64,000 nt of DNA from a virus, in IMG/VR virus record IMGVR_UViG_3300021373_000005; one strand, given 5' to 3'. Position 1 is the first letter of the stretch; each line of letters starts with the position of its first letter. Of the stretch, positions 52,201 to 59,912 are shown piece by piece. The notes below the pieces were generated by a model. The model ran no database searches and was not told where the DNA came from. It saw nothing but the letters and a program-made list of their open reading frames with translations. The position numbers were made by a program, and so were the translations under genes.

Positions 52201-53809
52201 AACTGCTGACATTTATGAATTCTTAGGTGATGCTGCTAAGCAAGTTGTTGAAGGTGTTGCCGTAACGAACGCAAGTACATATACATTAATGCCTCAAGAT
52301 ACAACTACTCATACTGCAGCAACAACTGCTGAAGGTGATAGAGTTCATGAGTTAATTGAATATGTTGAAGATGTAATTAGAGCCAACGATGTTGATGAGT
52401 TACCTGGACCTGAGTTCACAGCTTCTTGGGTACCTGCAGAATTAACAACTGCTGCTCAAACTATTGTTGATAATACAGAAGAACTTGCTTCTGATGTAAC
52501 GAATCATATTAATACAAACTTCAACGTTCTTGATTACAGTAAAGCAAAATGTAGAAGAGATACAGGATACTTACTTGATGCATTCAGCTTCGACTTGAAC
52601 TTCGGTGGTAATACTGCTTCACGTTGGAACGCAGACTTCTACTTCTGGAATTCAGTATATCGTTTACCTGAAGACCAAAGAATACCTACTGCGAAAGCAT
52701 ATCGTCAATTAGGTAGAATTTGTAAAGATATCGTATTAGGTGAATATAAAGGACAAACAACAATTGGTGAAGTAGGAACTTCGGTTGAAAGTCTGAAAGT
52801 TGAAATGTTAGCAAATATCTTCTATAAGACACAACTATATAACGATACCAAGTACTTACCTGTTAAGGAAGAGCCTGATTATACATACAGTGATGCTGTA
52901 TTTACAAATGCACAAAATATTATTGAGCAAAGAAGAAAACAATTACAGAAAGATACTGTAAGATTTGTAAATGCTGCTTACGACTTCATTGATATTAATC
53001 TAACAAGACGTGATGCAAGAAACTTGTTAACCGCTCTTCAGAATGATTTCAAATATGAAGATCTTCAAGTACCTGTTCCAAGTTATACAACAAACGGTAA
53101 TCAGAATGCAGTAAGAACATATACCGCTTCATTCTTCAATTACGACGGAACTCATGTATTCCCAGTATTTAATCCTTCGGATCCAACATTAGGATTGAAG
53201 TATAAAGGTTCAGTTAATGATGTTGCTGATTTAGGAAGTCTTACAGGAATGAAACCAAACTGGGCATATATTGTTGCGACTGATTATGCAACTAATTACT
53301 ATGCCGGTGATATATATTATTGGAATGGTATTCAGTTCGTAAATGCAGGAGCAAACAATACTGACCTATTAGATGCATTTGTTGGATCATGGGACAGAAT
53401 GAGAACATACATTGTAAATAATCTATCTCCTGACTCAGACCACAGTCTGATGATTGAAGGATTATTTGACGATTGCTTGAAGGATAATATCTTGAGACCT
53501 AATACATTGGTATTCGGATCATTGGTTGAATCCATTGCTCACCAGTTTAACGGTGCATCGGCTGGTGTTAACAGAAATGCATTACCTCTAAACTTCAGAA
53601 ACTTAGGTGCTGCTATATCAGCGATTGCCTCGGTACTGAATGAAGATGGTGGTAGAATCCGATGGTCAGGTGCTGATGAATTGAATAACCAGTACTTCGC
53701 AAGAGGACTAAGAATTAACGGTAGAACAGGTCGTATTGAAGGCCGACCATTTACTTCCTCTGTAAGAAAGCTCGCAAGACGTGCTTCGAACAGTAGGGCA
53801 GTAGTTTAA
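43253..53809 (+). CDS. giant (3518 aa) multi-repeat virion/fibre protein
   Basis: MAKISELP fibre-type start, Asn/Ser/Thr repeats, a beta-helix-like region (VGPGTY), 11 CxRD helical repeats and 7 His/Cys beta repeats; late promoter. Confidence 0.85.
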   Translation: MAKISELPPITGANTRPEDLFVIVNLVQGDDGTSNITRKELVEAIQYEIFSRINITGGTISGVVMSDSRLNNVEIDNSEIEDTDFIRGSIDDTVITNSTANNITMTYSSFQFGTLLDSSANNLTITSSDFSQGTGNNNVLTNTTLLDGSANNFVITDSTANNIIITNSELNDSTANNVAITDSTVNNTIITSSEFNDGTANNVAITQSDFSDGTINQSVIETSEFNNGTMETVTGINLDISNSAYANGTVSDSILTDNTILNGTANNIAITDSTANNTIITNSEFNDGTGNNVTLTNSTIDDSLFSDGTISNTSFTGTMDSVVATNIQIRSSTADGLGANNSTFENGGISGSTFDGGVINKSNLVDFDMDINTEFEAPMDDESYFAIRNEKTGDTEQINFGQLFDEVSKKTAQALKVHVDAGSGDDKNPGTQLQPVRTLEKAFELCLEKAGGELNRNAINNSVHISVGPGTYYTKGNLQLPDDCSITSTSGQYATVIELEKGYENNNGILVGSGCYAQGFAYQNFQVDNFDFPEGGFAVAYRPGAKLLRSPYLRDSSQLSNFLRADVEPPLNPYNSKGTLADLGREFTLSNISDPTKFAIDDEIEFSSGAIGYVSYISEIASDSKIHVRNLKNNQGFAVGDTITAESGGTAVIQEIGIDDFPNREVGRGGGCVLADRRVLDTDSLYTYVLCFGFTPRSQNGIGYVARDGAGVNGIGSLSIFVRCAFYALNGGQMTLNNSGTQFGDISMRAKGTTEFFAPKSTTATIIGNTAFADTVDNAADDIIDDVVEYLTANTANGGLGYQAYDSEKCLRDSGIVLDGTGYDVALDTNYWGRLGGITYRSPISYVVPGEQLEETKGALEYLRDRTKEIFVTGNSEVNERVEASFGELLNVLEYGEENINPIIWQDTSVPRTAARNLIQDNREFITGELIDWIENNDEFYAYDSKACRRDVSDYILPAVKNDMQFDTNYNAVTAGRAYYMAAAKTVIENQNNETVEAYRRLKDQTNELLDGDSYTASAKTDAAFDEILSILENKGKQFTPTAATYDPETGKSVITLGTGHGLTVGRYVLLKTGGLIFTCDRDNHTTRTGYPRASDPAAGTPVEIIGANETKITVNVGKSAIVDVHKFVEALPNSVSVLGSAIAWSDSSSIPADKRNARKQLEANREFLQDLVLGYIDNNYFRYDSNKCRRDIQDYILPAVERDILTGSNYNAYQTGIAYRSGTTLADNVINEQLVETTGAINELKTRVNTDEIGSQFTPTNATYDPVTGRFEATIGIHSLQPGDYVRFLEDGITFSCDTGSGPTNDAVPNPGHPFYNHPCPVHSVTPTTIVCYVGTGGTNDHTFVSALTNAISHVIGISDKASEHRSDEAFDKIIGILNSANKTYDTSSANYDPVTGLTEITIGAHDLQVGDEVMIAADSMTFTCATDGNATQHTYPTTTITSFTPSTATYVPETGEFTANIGPHKLKVGDEIEFAPRGITFTCELDGNVTEHSAPEPHHPFWDKKVKLTSVEGNVIGCNVGAVANGGGVHTFVSAITNAIKGERQHPAYKKPVVVAATTATTFTVNVGTSTDTSVHTFVSATAGNIKTAKHISTYTPYDATYDPATGVFVASIGKHNLEAGDYVMIKPNSVIFTCDLDGNVTEHAAPQSHHPAYRTPVKLDSVTTDTITMNIGTGTGGAHTFVRATQGAIDSDALVFTDPASYVSHYTPTTATYDPVTGISVITIPGHDLTTNDYIEFAPYSFTYTCAQDSNATEHSYPRKGDSNYRTPMAITNVAGDDITVQLAASSGGAHTFVSVIKDAVSKVTYNSQGQYAREQLQKNKEFLAKEVSSYLESNYFVFDGNKCSRDTGYILDAVRRDVATGSNYHTVFTGLGYQIGTKGSNEVITEQLTETVAAINYMKAKVAADVNVTGTALTRANAAFDEIIDIMQNGSGNANVLGYGSAAAVPNGVDATDALITNRTFLQKEVTAYIAQNFPTVSYNVAKCERDTGYLVDAIVWDVRFGSNAAAINFARLYYENAISVLPEDQKLPTAKTWEHLAEVCYKIARQETVTPTTGNGEVFTAIASDAGIEIANAIRNGVNVTTQIIRDDDLKSLPTLNEGEVETAMIAAVNAIDGLTENLQESVIKYLKDEHNGLPFSKAVCERDVGIIIDAVSRDIEYGGNENTVEVFEYYFKRFNTTSADYEQLRSTNVLPIEVKGQFKTLSDYEDTANVSGLREAINVLPYEQREPTREAFNHLADMAEKIVKEVAHTSTYTSYTPTNATYDPATGVFVATIGAHNFVKGDTIYLKPNGITFSCNMGSGAANHTSPQPHHPYYQKAITLTDTDATTITMNVGTGGSGQYPHTFVSALADSISEGPYQDVDGTAADATTGTAVHDLIATVANLIDDTNIEDDEMPVITKASFDPNRTLARKQLQRNRDFIIEEVQGYLKDRYYVFDGDKCKRDIGFLLDAVAVDVLTGSNYNAVFNGVAYRIGTVGADAVINEQLTETVSAIKYAQGLAVAAVTDSTMKTKVNEAFAEIIDVMTNGRAAADTIDYTSVAPSFNRLNARSQLQNNRTFLIAEMTAWLAANRPSLTYDVAKCERDTGYLIDAVSHDAQFGGNFATLNDAKLYFENAVIQLPEEQRQPTADAFKHLGDCAELICLDQDIGGLKSAGNGETQDRTAGGAGAGISASIEGLFDIVAGSIENNTTLLNPAQELPDATSFNAVNSTAFAQVQGVIPTVQSGVLGHLATYFEILPYSETKCRRDTGYIIDAVAHDIQYGGNAATVQTAGMYFENAVNTGLQIEQRMGTRDAFLHMAKIIEHVVGAKSITTTLFPRVKKYYTGDILTQYDYWNGIHSYQSVEAQDMAVHGANPDTSIAARKLVEIIANAVDDNVEVRNTIPDRIDVDQTWMGANYITSKELVESQSDVYSEAVISYLTTTHNGLSFRDAKCRRDIGYLIDSAMHDVQHDTNFAMRQSAGIYFENGVSVLPVDARIATADIYEFLGDAAKQVVEGVAVTNASTYTLMPQDTTTHTAATTAEGDRVHELIEYVEDVIRANDVDELPGPEFTASWVPAELTTAAQTIVDNTEELASDVTNHINTNFNVLDYSKAKCRRDTGYLLDAFSFDLNFGGNTASRWNADFYFWNSVYRLPEDQRIPTAKAYRQLGRICKDIVLGEYKGQTTIGEVGTSVESLKVEMLANIFYKTQLYNDTKYLPVKEEPDYTYSDAVFTNAQNIIEQRRKQLQKDTVRFVNAAYDFIDINLTRRDARNLLTALQNDFKYEDLQVPVPSYTTNGNQNAVRTYTASFFNYDGTHVFPVFNPSDPTLGLKYKGSVNDVADLGSLTGMKPNWAYIVATDYATNYYAGDIYYWNGIQFVNAGANNTDLLDAFVGSWDRMRTYIVNNLSPDSDHSLMIEGLFDDCLKDNILRPNTLVFGSLVESIAHQFNGASAGVNRNALPLNFRNLGAAISAIASVLNEDGGRIRWSGADELNNQYFARGLRINGRTGRIEGRPFTSSVRKLARRASNSRAVV
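43480..44340 (+). repeat. ~10-aa-period N/S/T/D repeats (NN..IT.S....) suggesting a beta-solenoid
   Basis: e.g. ANNIAITDSTANNTIITNSEFNDGT recurs. Confidence 0.75.
45600..53050 (+). repeat. 11 helical ~140-190-aa repeats with L..NR.F...E...YI...Y...KCxRDxGY..DA...D...G.N
   Basis: Cys codons at 45680, 46094, 46817, 48791, 49214, 49688, 50588, 51008, 51497, 52064 and 52550; a degenerate 12th copy (TRRD) near 53005. Confidence 0.9.
46366..50330 (+). repeat. seven ~100-aa beta repeats TP..ATYDP.TG....IG.H.L..GD...F(T/S)C...H..P..HP...HTFV
   Basis: Copies start near 46366, 47025, 47408, 47585, 48040, 48380 and 50033. Confidence 0.88.
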
Positions 53810-53831
53810 CATAAGATAGGAATAAAATAAA

Positions 53832-54257
53832 ATGCCAATTACAACTATACAAACTTCTCAGGCACCTGACGCAAAACCAGTTGCCAAGAATCTTGTCCTA
53901 TCGACTAACTGGCAGGAAATCATAAACGTACCAAATTATGAAGTTCCTGAACTAGTATTCGGTGGGTCTACAACTGTTGAGCCAGGTGTGGGTGAAGTTA
54001 TTTCACCTTTAGTATTATGTAATACAACAGCATCGACAGTGAGATGCGATGTACAGGTATATCGTTACGATGAAAATGTTACTTATTACATTATTCGTAA
54101 TTTACCAGTACCTGCATATGACACAATCCCAATTCCTCTGAATGGACAGTTTTTAAAGTCAGGTGATATACTTGAGGCGAAAGCCGATGCTGATTTAGCA
54201 ATACATAGTACATTATCATTTACTTTAGGTCAATCAGAAGAAGACGATGTTGTTTAA
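53832..54257 (+). CDS. conserved hypothetical virion-region protein
   Basis: Intact 141-aa ORF; CN......V...V, VP..DT......G..L..GD.L. Confidence 0.7.
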   Translation: MPITTIQTSQAPDAKPVAKNLVLSTNWQEIINVPNYEVPELVFGGSTTVEPGVGEVISPLVLCNTTASTVRCDVQVYRYDENVTYYIIRNLPVPAYDTIPIPLNGQFLKSGDILEAKADADLAIHSTLSFTLGQSEEDDVV

Positions 54258-54261
54258 TACA

Positions 54262-54269
54262 TATAAATA
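54262..54269 (+). promoter_or_regulatory. T4 late promoter
   Basis: TATAAATA upstream of 54308. Confidence 0.75.
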
Positions 54270-54307
54270 TATTATTAATAAAACTGATTTTTAAGGAAAT
54301 AAACTAG

Positions 54308-57300
54308 ATGGCCAGCAGATTTGGAACATTATCAGGAAAAGGGCAGGTAGTCGGTCACGGCGTACCTCAAACTTTTCCGGTTCAGCTTGACCCAGTACCT
54401 TTTGAAGGTGCGGTAATTTATGCTGATAACGGGGAGTTAAGATACTCCGACGGTACTGCTTGGCTGCCACTCGGCACAGGACCACAAGGTACGCAAGGAA
54501 CAACTGGTATTCAAGGAAACCAAGGTGTTCAAGGTGATTACGGTCCAGGATTTACAATCATTGGTTCTATTGTAGGACCAGGTGACCAATCTAGTTTAAA
54601 TACAGCATTCCCATCAGCAAACATCGGTGAAGGTGTAATTGACCAATCTGATGATACTCTATGGATTTACGATGGCACCAATTGGGTTAATATTGGCGGC
54701 TTCCGTGGTGTTCAAGGTTTCCAAGGAGTTCAAGGTGTTCAGGGTGTTCAAGGAACAATAGGTAACGAAGGTATTCAGGGTGAAAGAGGATTCCGTGGTT
54801 TCCAAGGTGAACGCGGTGTTCAAGGTTTCCAAGGTGTTCAAGGTCTATTAGGTTTCCAAGGTATTCAAGGAAGACGCGGACCACAAGGTGTTCAGGGTAC
54901 GACAGGTATTCAAGGTGATGTCGGTATTCAAGGAACACAAGGACGTGCAGGACCTCAAGGTGTTCAAGGCACAACAGGTATTCAAGGTGATGTCGGTATT
55001 CAAGGATTTAGTGGTTCATACGGCGGAGTATCATTTGAGTTTGATTTTGATACTGGAGTTGTTGCTTCTAACCCAGGTGCAAATACTTTTGAAATCAATA
55101 ATGCAAACGAAACATCAGCATCAGCTTTATTCATAAACAATATTGCCAAGAATGGTGCAAACATAGAAGCACTATATGATTCTATTAACGAGGTCACAGG
55201 ACCTGTAAAAGGATTCATACAAATTACAAACATTGCTGATAATCAAAAGTTTATCACATATGAAATAACAAATATTACAGACAACACAGGTTGGCATACG
55301 CTCTTTATTAACTATGTCACGTCAACCGCTACCGTTTCAGATTTAACTGCAAGTCCTGCTTGTATCATTTCATTTACAAGGGCAGGCGATTTAGGTACTC
55401 AAGGAATACAAGGTGTTAATGGTATTCAAGGCTTCACAGGTATTCAGGGTAGTTTAGGTCCTCAAGGTATTCAAGGTTTACAAGGTCCTCAAGGAACGCA
55501 GGGTCTTCAAGGTTTACAAGGCCCACAAGGTGTTCAAGGATTACAAGGCGAAATAGGTTTACAGGGATTACAAGGTAACGATGGTCTTCAAGGATATATC
55601 GGTTTCAGTGGTGGATTAACATTTGACTGGGATTATAATTCTTCAACGACTGAAGGGTTCCCAGGATTAAATCAATGGTTATTAAATAACGCAGATGTAA
55701 CATCAGCGGATAAACTTTATATTGATGATCTTACAAATACAGGAAGAAGAGTAGATGGTTTATTTGACTTCTTGGATGGTTTAACATCTCAACCAAAAGG
55801 TCAAATTTTTGTAAGAACATATAAAGATACAACTTCAGATGATTACGAATTCTTAATTTATAACTTTACAAATTGGACTTGGTCGGCAACAGGAACAGGA
55901 AAAGATTGGGGTCATTTTGACATTACCTTTGTTGGTGCTTCTAATTTAGGTGGAACCGATGCAGCTCCTGGTACGAGTTGGACGAACGGTGTTGTACCTA
56001 CTTATGGTAATACAACTATCATCAACTTTATTCCTAACGGTCAACAAGGTATTCAAGGTATACAAGGATCACAAGGTCTTCAAGGTGACTTTGGTCCACA
56101 AGGTACGCAAGGTGTTCAAGGACAGCAGGGTACGACAGGTATTCAAGGTCTTCAAGGTTTGCAGGGTATACAAGGCGAATCTATTCAAGGTTCCCAAGGT
56201 ATTCAAGGATTACAAGGTCTTCAAGGTTTACAGGGTCTACAAGGTTTACAAGGTCCTATAGGGACTACTGGTATTCAAGGTACGCAAGGTACAACTGGTT
56301 TACAAGGTCTTCAAGGTTTACAAGGTGAACAAGGTCAATACGGTGGCTTAACATGGATATGGAACTTCACAAATAATATTGTTGGAGGTACAGACCCAGG
56401 TACAAATAATTGGAAACTTAATAATGCCAACCCAGCAAGTGCTACATTAATTACACTTGATGATATTCCTGCTGACCAATATACACAAGAGATTGATGCT
56501 TTCTTAGATTTCATCGATGCTCAACCAGGTGCAGTCAAAGGTTATCTAAAAATACAAGAAGGTAATTACGACGATGGAAATGGTCCTGCTGGTCACCATT
56601 GGATGGTTTATGAAATTACAGATTGGACTTGGGATTCTGGTGCTAAGAATTACGGTTTCTTTGATGTTAACTATGTTGACGGTAATGTATCAAGTTGGCA
56701 AACACAAGTTAACGCAGTACACGGTCCTGCTACATTAATTACATTTATTCCAAGAGGTCCTGCTGGTATTCAAGGAGCAACAGGTCTTCAAGGGTTCCAA
56801 GGATTACAAGGTTTAATAGGTGCTGGTGTACAAGGTCCTCAAGGTACTCAAGGTACATTAGGTTTACAAGGTGCTGAAGGTTCATTTGGTGGAATTACAT
56901 TTGATTACACTTTTGACTCAAGTACTTTAAATAACGATCCTGGTGGTAACGGTTGGATTAAATTAAATAACGGTACTTATTCTTCAGCTACATCAATGTA
57001 CATTGATGACAGAGATGATAACTTTATTGATATTCAACCTTTCTTAAGAACGATTGATGACTCTACAAGTCCTCTTAAAGGTCATTTCAAAATTACAAAG
57101 AAATCACAACCAGAGATATTTGTAATTTTCTCAATATCGGCTCTTGCAGAGTTAAGTGGATATTTCAATGTTACTTGTGCTTATGTAAGTGGTAATGGTA
57201 CATTCGCTGACGGCGAAGATATTACAATTACATTCGCAAGAACTGGTGATGCAGGTGCAACAGGTGCAACTGGTCCACAGGGTGTTCAAGGCACAACAGG

Positions 57301-59428
57301 TATTCAAGGTTTACAAGGTTTACAAGGTCAAACTGGCGCGGGTGCTCAGGGTGCTACAGGCGGTCCTGGTATTCAAGGTCCTCAAGGTCCTCAAGGACTA
57401 CAAGGTAATGATGGTAATGCAGGGGCTCAGGGACCCCAAGGTGCTGTCGGACTTCAAGGTGACTTAGGTTTCCAAGGACCTGGTGGTTCTGGAGCACAGG
57501 GTATTCAAGGTATTCAGGGTAATGACGGTGCTCAAGGTATCGCAGGTGCCGGAGGAATTGGAGGTCAAGGTACTCAAGGACCTCAAGGACCACAAGGAGC
57601 GGACGGTGGAGAAGGTCTTCAAGGACCTGGCGGTCTAGACGGTCAGCCTGGTCCTACTGGTCCTCAAGGTACTCAAGGTACTGATGGTTCCGGTTCGCAA
57701 GGACTTCAAGGTATTCAAGGACCTCAGGGTGCTGATGGAACTGGTACACAAGGTATGCAAGGTATCCAGGGTATTTCAGGTATCACAGGAGCAGGTACTC
57801 AAGGTTTCCAAGGACCACAAGGTACTGATGGTTTCCAAGGTATTCAAGGATTTGATGGAAGTGGTATTCAGGGTCCTGCTGGTTTCCAAGGTACTCAAGG
57901 TTTCCAAGGTGTTCCTGGGACAGGTGGTCAAGGAGCTCAAGGTGATACTGGTTTCCAAGGTATTCAAGGACTTATTGGTATTCAAGGACAATCCGCACCT
58001 GGTACTCAAGGCTTACAAGGTGTTCAAGGTTTCCAAGGTGTTCAAGGACCTCCGGGAACAGGTGCTCCTGGTATTCAAGGACCTCAAGGTATTCAAGGTA
58101 TTCAAGGTGGCCCAGGAGACCCAGGTGGAGAAGGTGTCCAAGGTACTCAAGGATATTCAGGTTATCAAGGTGTCCAAGGTAATGATGGAGCTGGAGAGCA
58201 AGGTGCTCAAGGTCCTATCGGTCCACAAGGTTTCCAAGGACCAAGTGGTGACGGTGGTGGTCAAGGTACTCAAGGTATTATAGGTCCACAGGGTACTACA
58301 GGTGAAGATGGAATACAAGGTCCTGTAGGTGCTGGTTCAGATGGTGCTCAAGGTCCTGCCGGTCCACAAGGTGAGGCGGGATTAGGTGGTTCTGCAGGTG
58401 CTCAAGGTTCAACAGGCCCAACTGGACCACAAGGTACAATAGGTGATGACGGTGGTCCTGGCCCAGAAGGTCCTCAAGGTCCGGCGGGTGCAGGTGCTCA
58501 AGGTACAACAGGTTCTCCTGGTGCTCAGGGTGCAGATGGTTTCCAAGGTCCTCAAGGTCCATTTGGTCCACAAGGTATTTCAGGTATTACAGGTTCTGGG
58601 TTACAAGGTATTCAAGGTATTCAAGGACCTATAGGTATATCCGTTCAAGGTACACAGGGTCCATCAGGTAGTGCTGCTTCTGTAGATGTTGCTTCAATCC
58701 ATACAACTGGATTACAAGGTACAGCAATGTTTGTCACAATGGTTCAAGGTGGCTCAGGTGCAAGACCTTTATATGGAACTACATCTCCTAACCCAGGTGG
58801 TGAACAGAACTTCTTCTATATTGCAGATGACGATGAGTTAACTCTTGAGAACTTGAACATTGATGGTTCAGTAACACTTAATGGTTCAACAATTACAACA
58901 TGGCCGACAGGCGGTGGAGGTTCGTTTGACGGAACTGCTACTAATACTGTATCATCAGGTAAGTTGGTCTTCCAAGATGGCACAAATGGCGGCGGCGGTT
59001 CGGCATACTTTGGAACAGGAGAAGATGTTCAGTTTTATGATAATGGAACTGCAATGTATATTGACTTTGACGCATCCCATGATTTATATATGCGTGAAGG
59101 TACAACCACAAGGTTTACATTTGATACAGGAACAGGTGATTTTACAGCAACAGGTAATGTCACAACAAACTCTGACTCAAGACTAAAAGAAAATGTTAAC
59201 ACAATAACAAACGCCCTTGATAAGGTTGATAATTTGAGAGGCGTAACTTATAATAAGATTGACAATGACAGAAAGGAAATTGGTTTAATTGCACAGGAAG
59301 TTGAAGAATTCTTACCTGAGGTAGTAATTGATGGAGAATACAAATCAATCTCATACGGAAATATTACAGCTGTTCTGATTGAAGCAATCAAAGAACTTAA
59401 AGCTGAGATTGAACAACTGAAGAAATAA
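54308..59428 (+). CDS. collagen-like tail fibre with an S74 chaperone
   Basis: Long G-X-Q triplet runs, three related globular inserts (GG.TF.....PG...W.LNN...A..L.IDD), C-terminal SDSRLKENV...GLIAQEVE. Confidence 0.88.
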   Translation: MASRFGTLSGKGQVVGHGVPQTFPVQLDPVPFEGAVIYADNGELRYSDGTAWLPLGTGPQGTQGTTGIQGNQGVQGDYGPGFTIIGSIVGPGDQSSLNTAFPSANIGEGVIDQSDDTLWIYDGTNWVNIGGFRGVQGFQGVQGVQGVQGTIGNEGIQGERGFRGFQGERGVQGFQGVQGLLGFQGIQGRRGPQGVQGTTGIQGDVGIQGTQGRAGPQGVQGTTGIQGDVGIQGFSGSYGGVSFEFDFDTGVVASNPGANTFEINNANETSASALFINNIAKNGANIEALYDSINEVTGPVKGFIQITNIADNQKFITYEITNITDNTGWHTLFINYVTSTATVSDLTASPACIISFTRAGDLGTQGIQGVNGIQGFTGIQGSLGPQGIQGLQGPQGTQGLQGLQGPQGVQGLQGEIGLQGLQGNDGLQGYIGFSGGLTFDWDYNSSTTEGFPGLNQWLLNNADVTSADKLYIDDLTNTGRRVDGLFDFLDGLTSQPKGQIFVRTYKDTTSDDYEFLIYNFTNWTWSATGTGKDWGHFDITFVGASNLGGTDAAPGTSWTNGVVPTYGNTTIINFIPNGQQGIQGIQGSQGLQGDFGPQGTQGVQGQQGTTGIQGLQGLQGIQGESIQGSQGIQGLQGLQGLQGLQGLQGPIGTTGIQGTQGTTGLQGLQGLQGEQGQYGGLTWIWNFTNNIVGGTDPGTNNWKLNNANPASATLITLDDIPADQYTQEIDAFLDFIDAQPGAVKGYLKIQEGNYDDGNGPAGHHWMVYEITDWTWDSGAKNYGFFDVNYVDGNVSSWQTQVNAVHGPATLITFIPRGPAGIQGATGLQGFQGLQGLIGAGVQGPQGTQGTLGLQGAEGSFGGITFDYTFDSSTLNNDPGGNGWIKLNNGTYSSATSMYIDDRDDNFIDIQPFLRTIDDSTSPLKGHFKITKKSQPEIFVIFSISALAELSGYFNVTCAYVSGNGTFADGEDITITFARTGDAGATGATGPQGVQGTTGIQGLQGLQGQTGAGAQGATGGPGIQGPQGPQGLQGNDGNAGAQGPQGAVGLQGDLGFQGPGGSGAQGIQGIQGNDGAQGIAGAGGIGGQGTQGPQGPQGADGGEGLQGPGGLDGQPGPTGPQGTQGTDGSGSQGLQGIQGPQGADGTGTQGMQGIQGISGITGAGTQGFQGPQGTDGFQGIQGFDGSGIQGPAGFQGTQGFQGVPGTGGQGAQGDTGFQGIQGLIGIQGQSAPGTQGLQGVQGFQGVQGPPGTGAPGIQGPQGIQGIQGGPGDPGGEGVQGTQGYSGYQGVQGNDGAGEQGAQGPIGPQGFQGPSGDGGGQGTQGIIGPQGTTGEDGIQGPVGAGSDGAQGPAGPQGEAGLGGSAGAQGSTGPTGPQGTIGDDGGPGPEGPQGPAGAGAQGTTGSPGAQGADGFQGPQGPFGPQGISGITGSGLQGIQGIQGPIGISVQGTQGPSGSAASVDVASIHTTGLQGTAMFVTMVQGGSGARPLYGTTSPNPGGEQNFFYIADDDELTLENLNIDGSVTLNGSTITTWPTGGGGSFDGTATNTVSSGKLVFQDGTNGGGGSAYFGTGEDVQFYDNGTAMYIDFDASHDLYMREGTTTRFTFDTGTGDFTATGNVTTNSDSRLKENVNTITNALDKVDNLRGVTYNKIDNDRKEIGLIAQEVEEFLPEVVIDGEYKSISYGNITAVLIEAIKELKAEIEQLKK
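54476..58675 (+). repeat. Gln-rich collagen-type Gly-X-Y repeats (CAAGGT-rich DNA)
   Basis: Six blocks of (G-X-Q)n; the longest runs ~57245-58675. Confidence 0.92.
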
Positions 59429-59475
59429 TATATTATGGAGTATAATTTGCTCTAGATCATTTCAAAATTGATTAA

Positions 59476-59507
59476 CAAAAAGGGCATTTTTATACAATGT
59501 CCTTTTT
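59476..59507 (+). terminator. intrinsic terminator
   Basis: AAAAAGGGCATT-loop-AATGTCCTTTTT. Confidence 0.75.
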
Positions 59508-59526
59508 CATTTGAGTAGCCATATCT

Positions 59527-59534
59527 TATAAATA
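59527..59534 (+). promoter_or_regulatory. T4 late promoter
   Basis: TATAAATA upstream of 59574. Confidence 0.78.
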
Positions 59535-59573
59535 AGGTAATAATAGAAAAATTTAAAAAAAGGTTTCATCACC

Positions 59574-59912
59574 ATGGCATCAAGAGCTAACATATACATC
59601 GATAAAGGAATGGACTTCAGGACCGAGCTGAACCTGTTTAATGACGAGGGTGTCGAATATGATGACGCAACTATTTCTGTTTATAATTTCTATAGCAGCA
59701 TAAGAAAAGTATATTCGTCCACAGCAGCAGTCAACTTTAATATTGAAGTCGCAAACAATGACATCACCTTGGTACTTACTGACCAACAAACTGATTCACT
59801 AGCACCTGGGAAATATCAATATGATGTTGTAATGGAAAAACAAACAGGAGAACGAACCAAAATAGTTGAAGGTCTAGCAATCGTAGTCGAAACTATTACG
59901 GAGGTTTCGTGA
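59574..59912 (+). CDS. small Ig-like/baseplate-associated virion protein
   Basis: ANIYIDKG.DF, I.L.LT..QT..L..GKY.YDV, T.IVEG motif. Confidence 0.7.
   Translation: MASRANIYIDKGMDFRTELNLFNDEGVEYDDATISVYNFYSSIRKVYSSTAAVNFNIEVANNDITLVLTDQQTDSLAPGKYQYDVVMEKQTGERTKIVEGLAIVVETITEVS

Noticed and set aside
43253-53809. Concluding that the host is a cyanobacterium from the phycobiliprotein-like repeats
   Set aside because: No photosynthesis or bilin genes occur in the window, so the host cannot be assigned from this segment
54476-58675. CRISPR-like or satellite array from the recurring CAAGGT
   Set aside because: The repeats are in-frame collagen codons, with no constant repeat plus unique spacer structure
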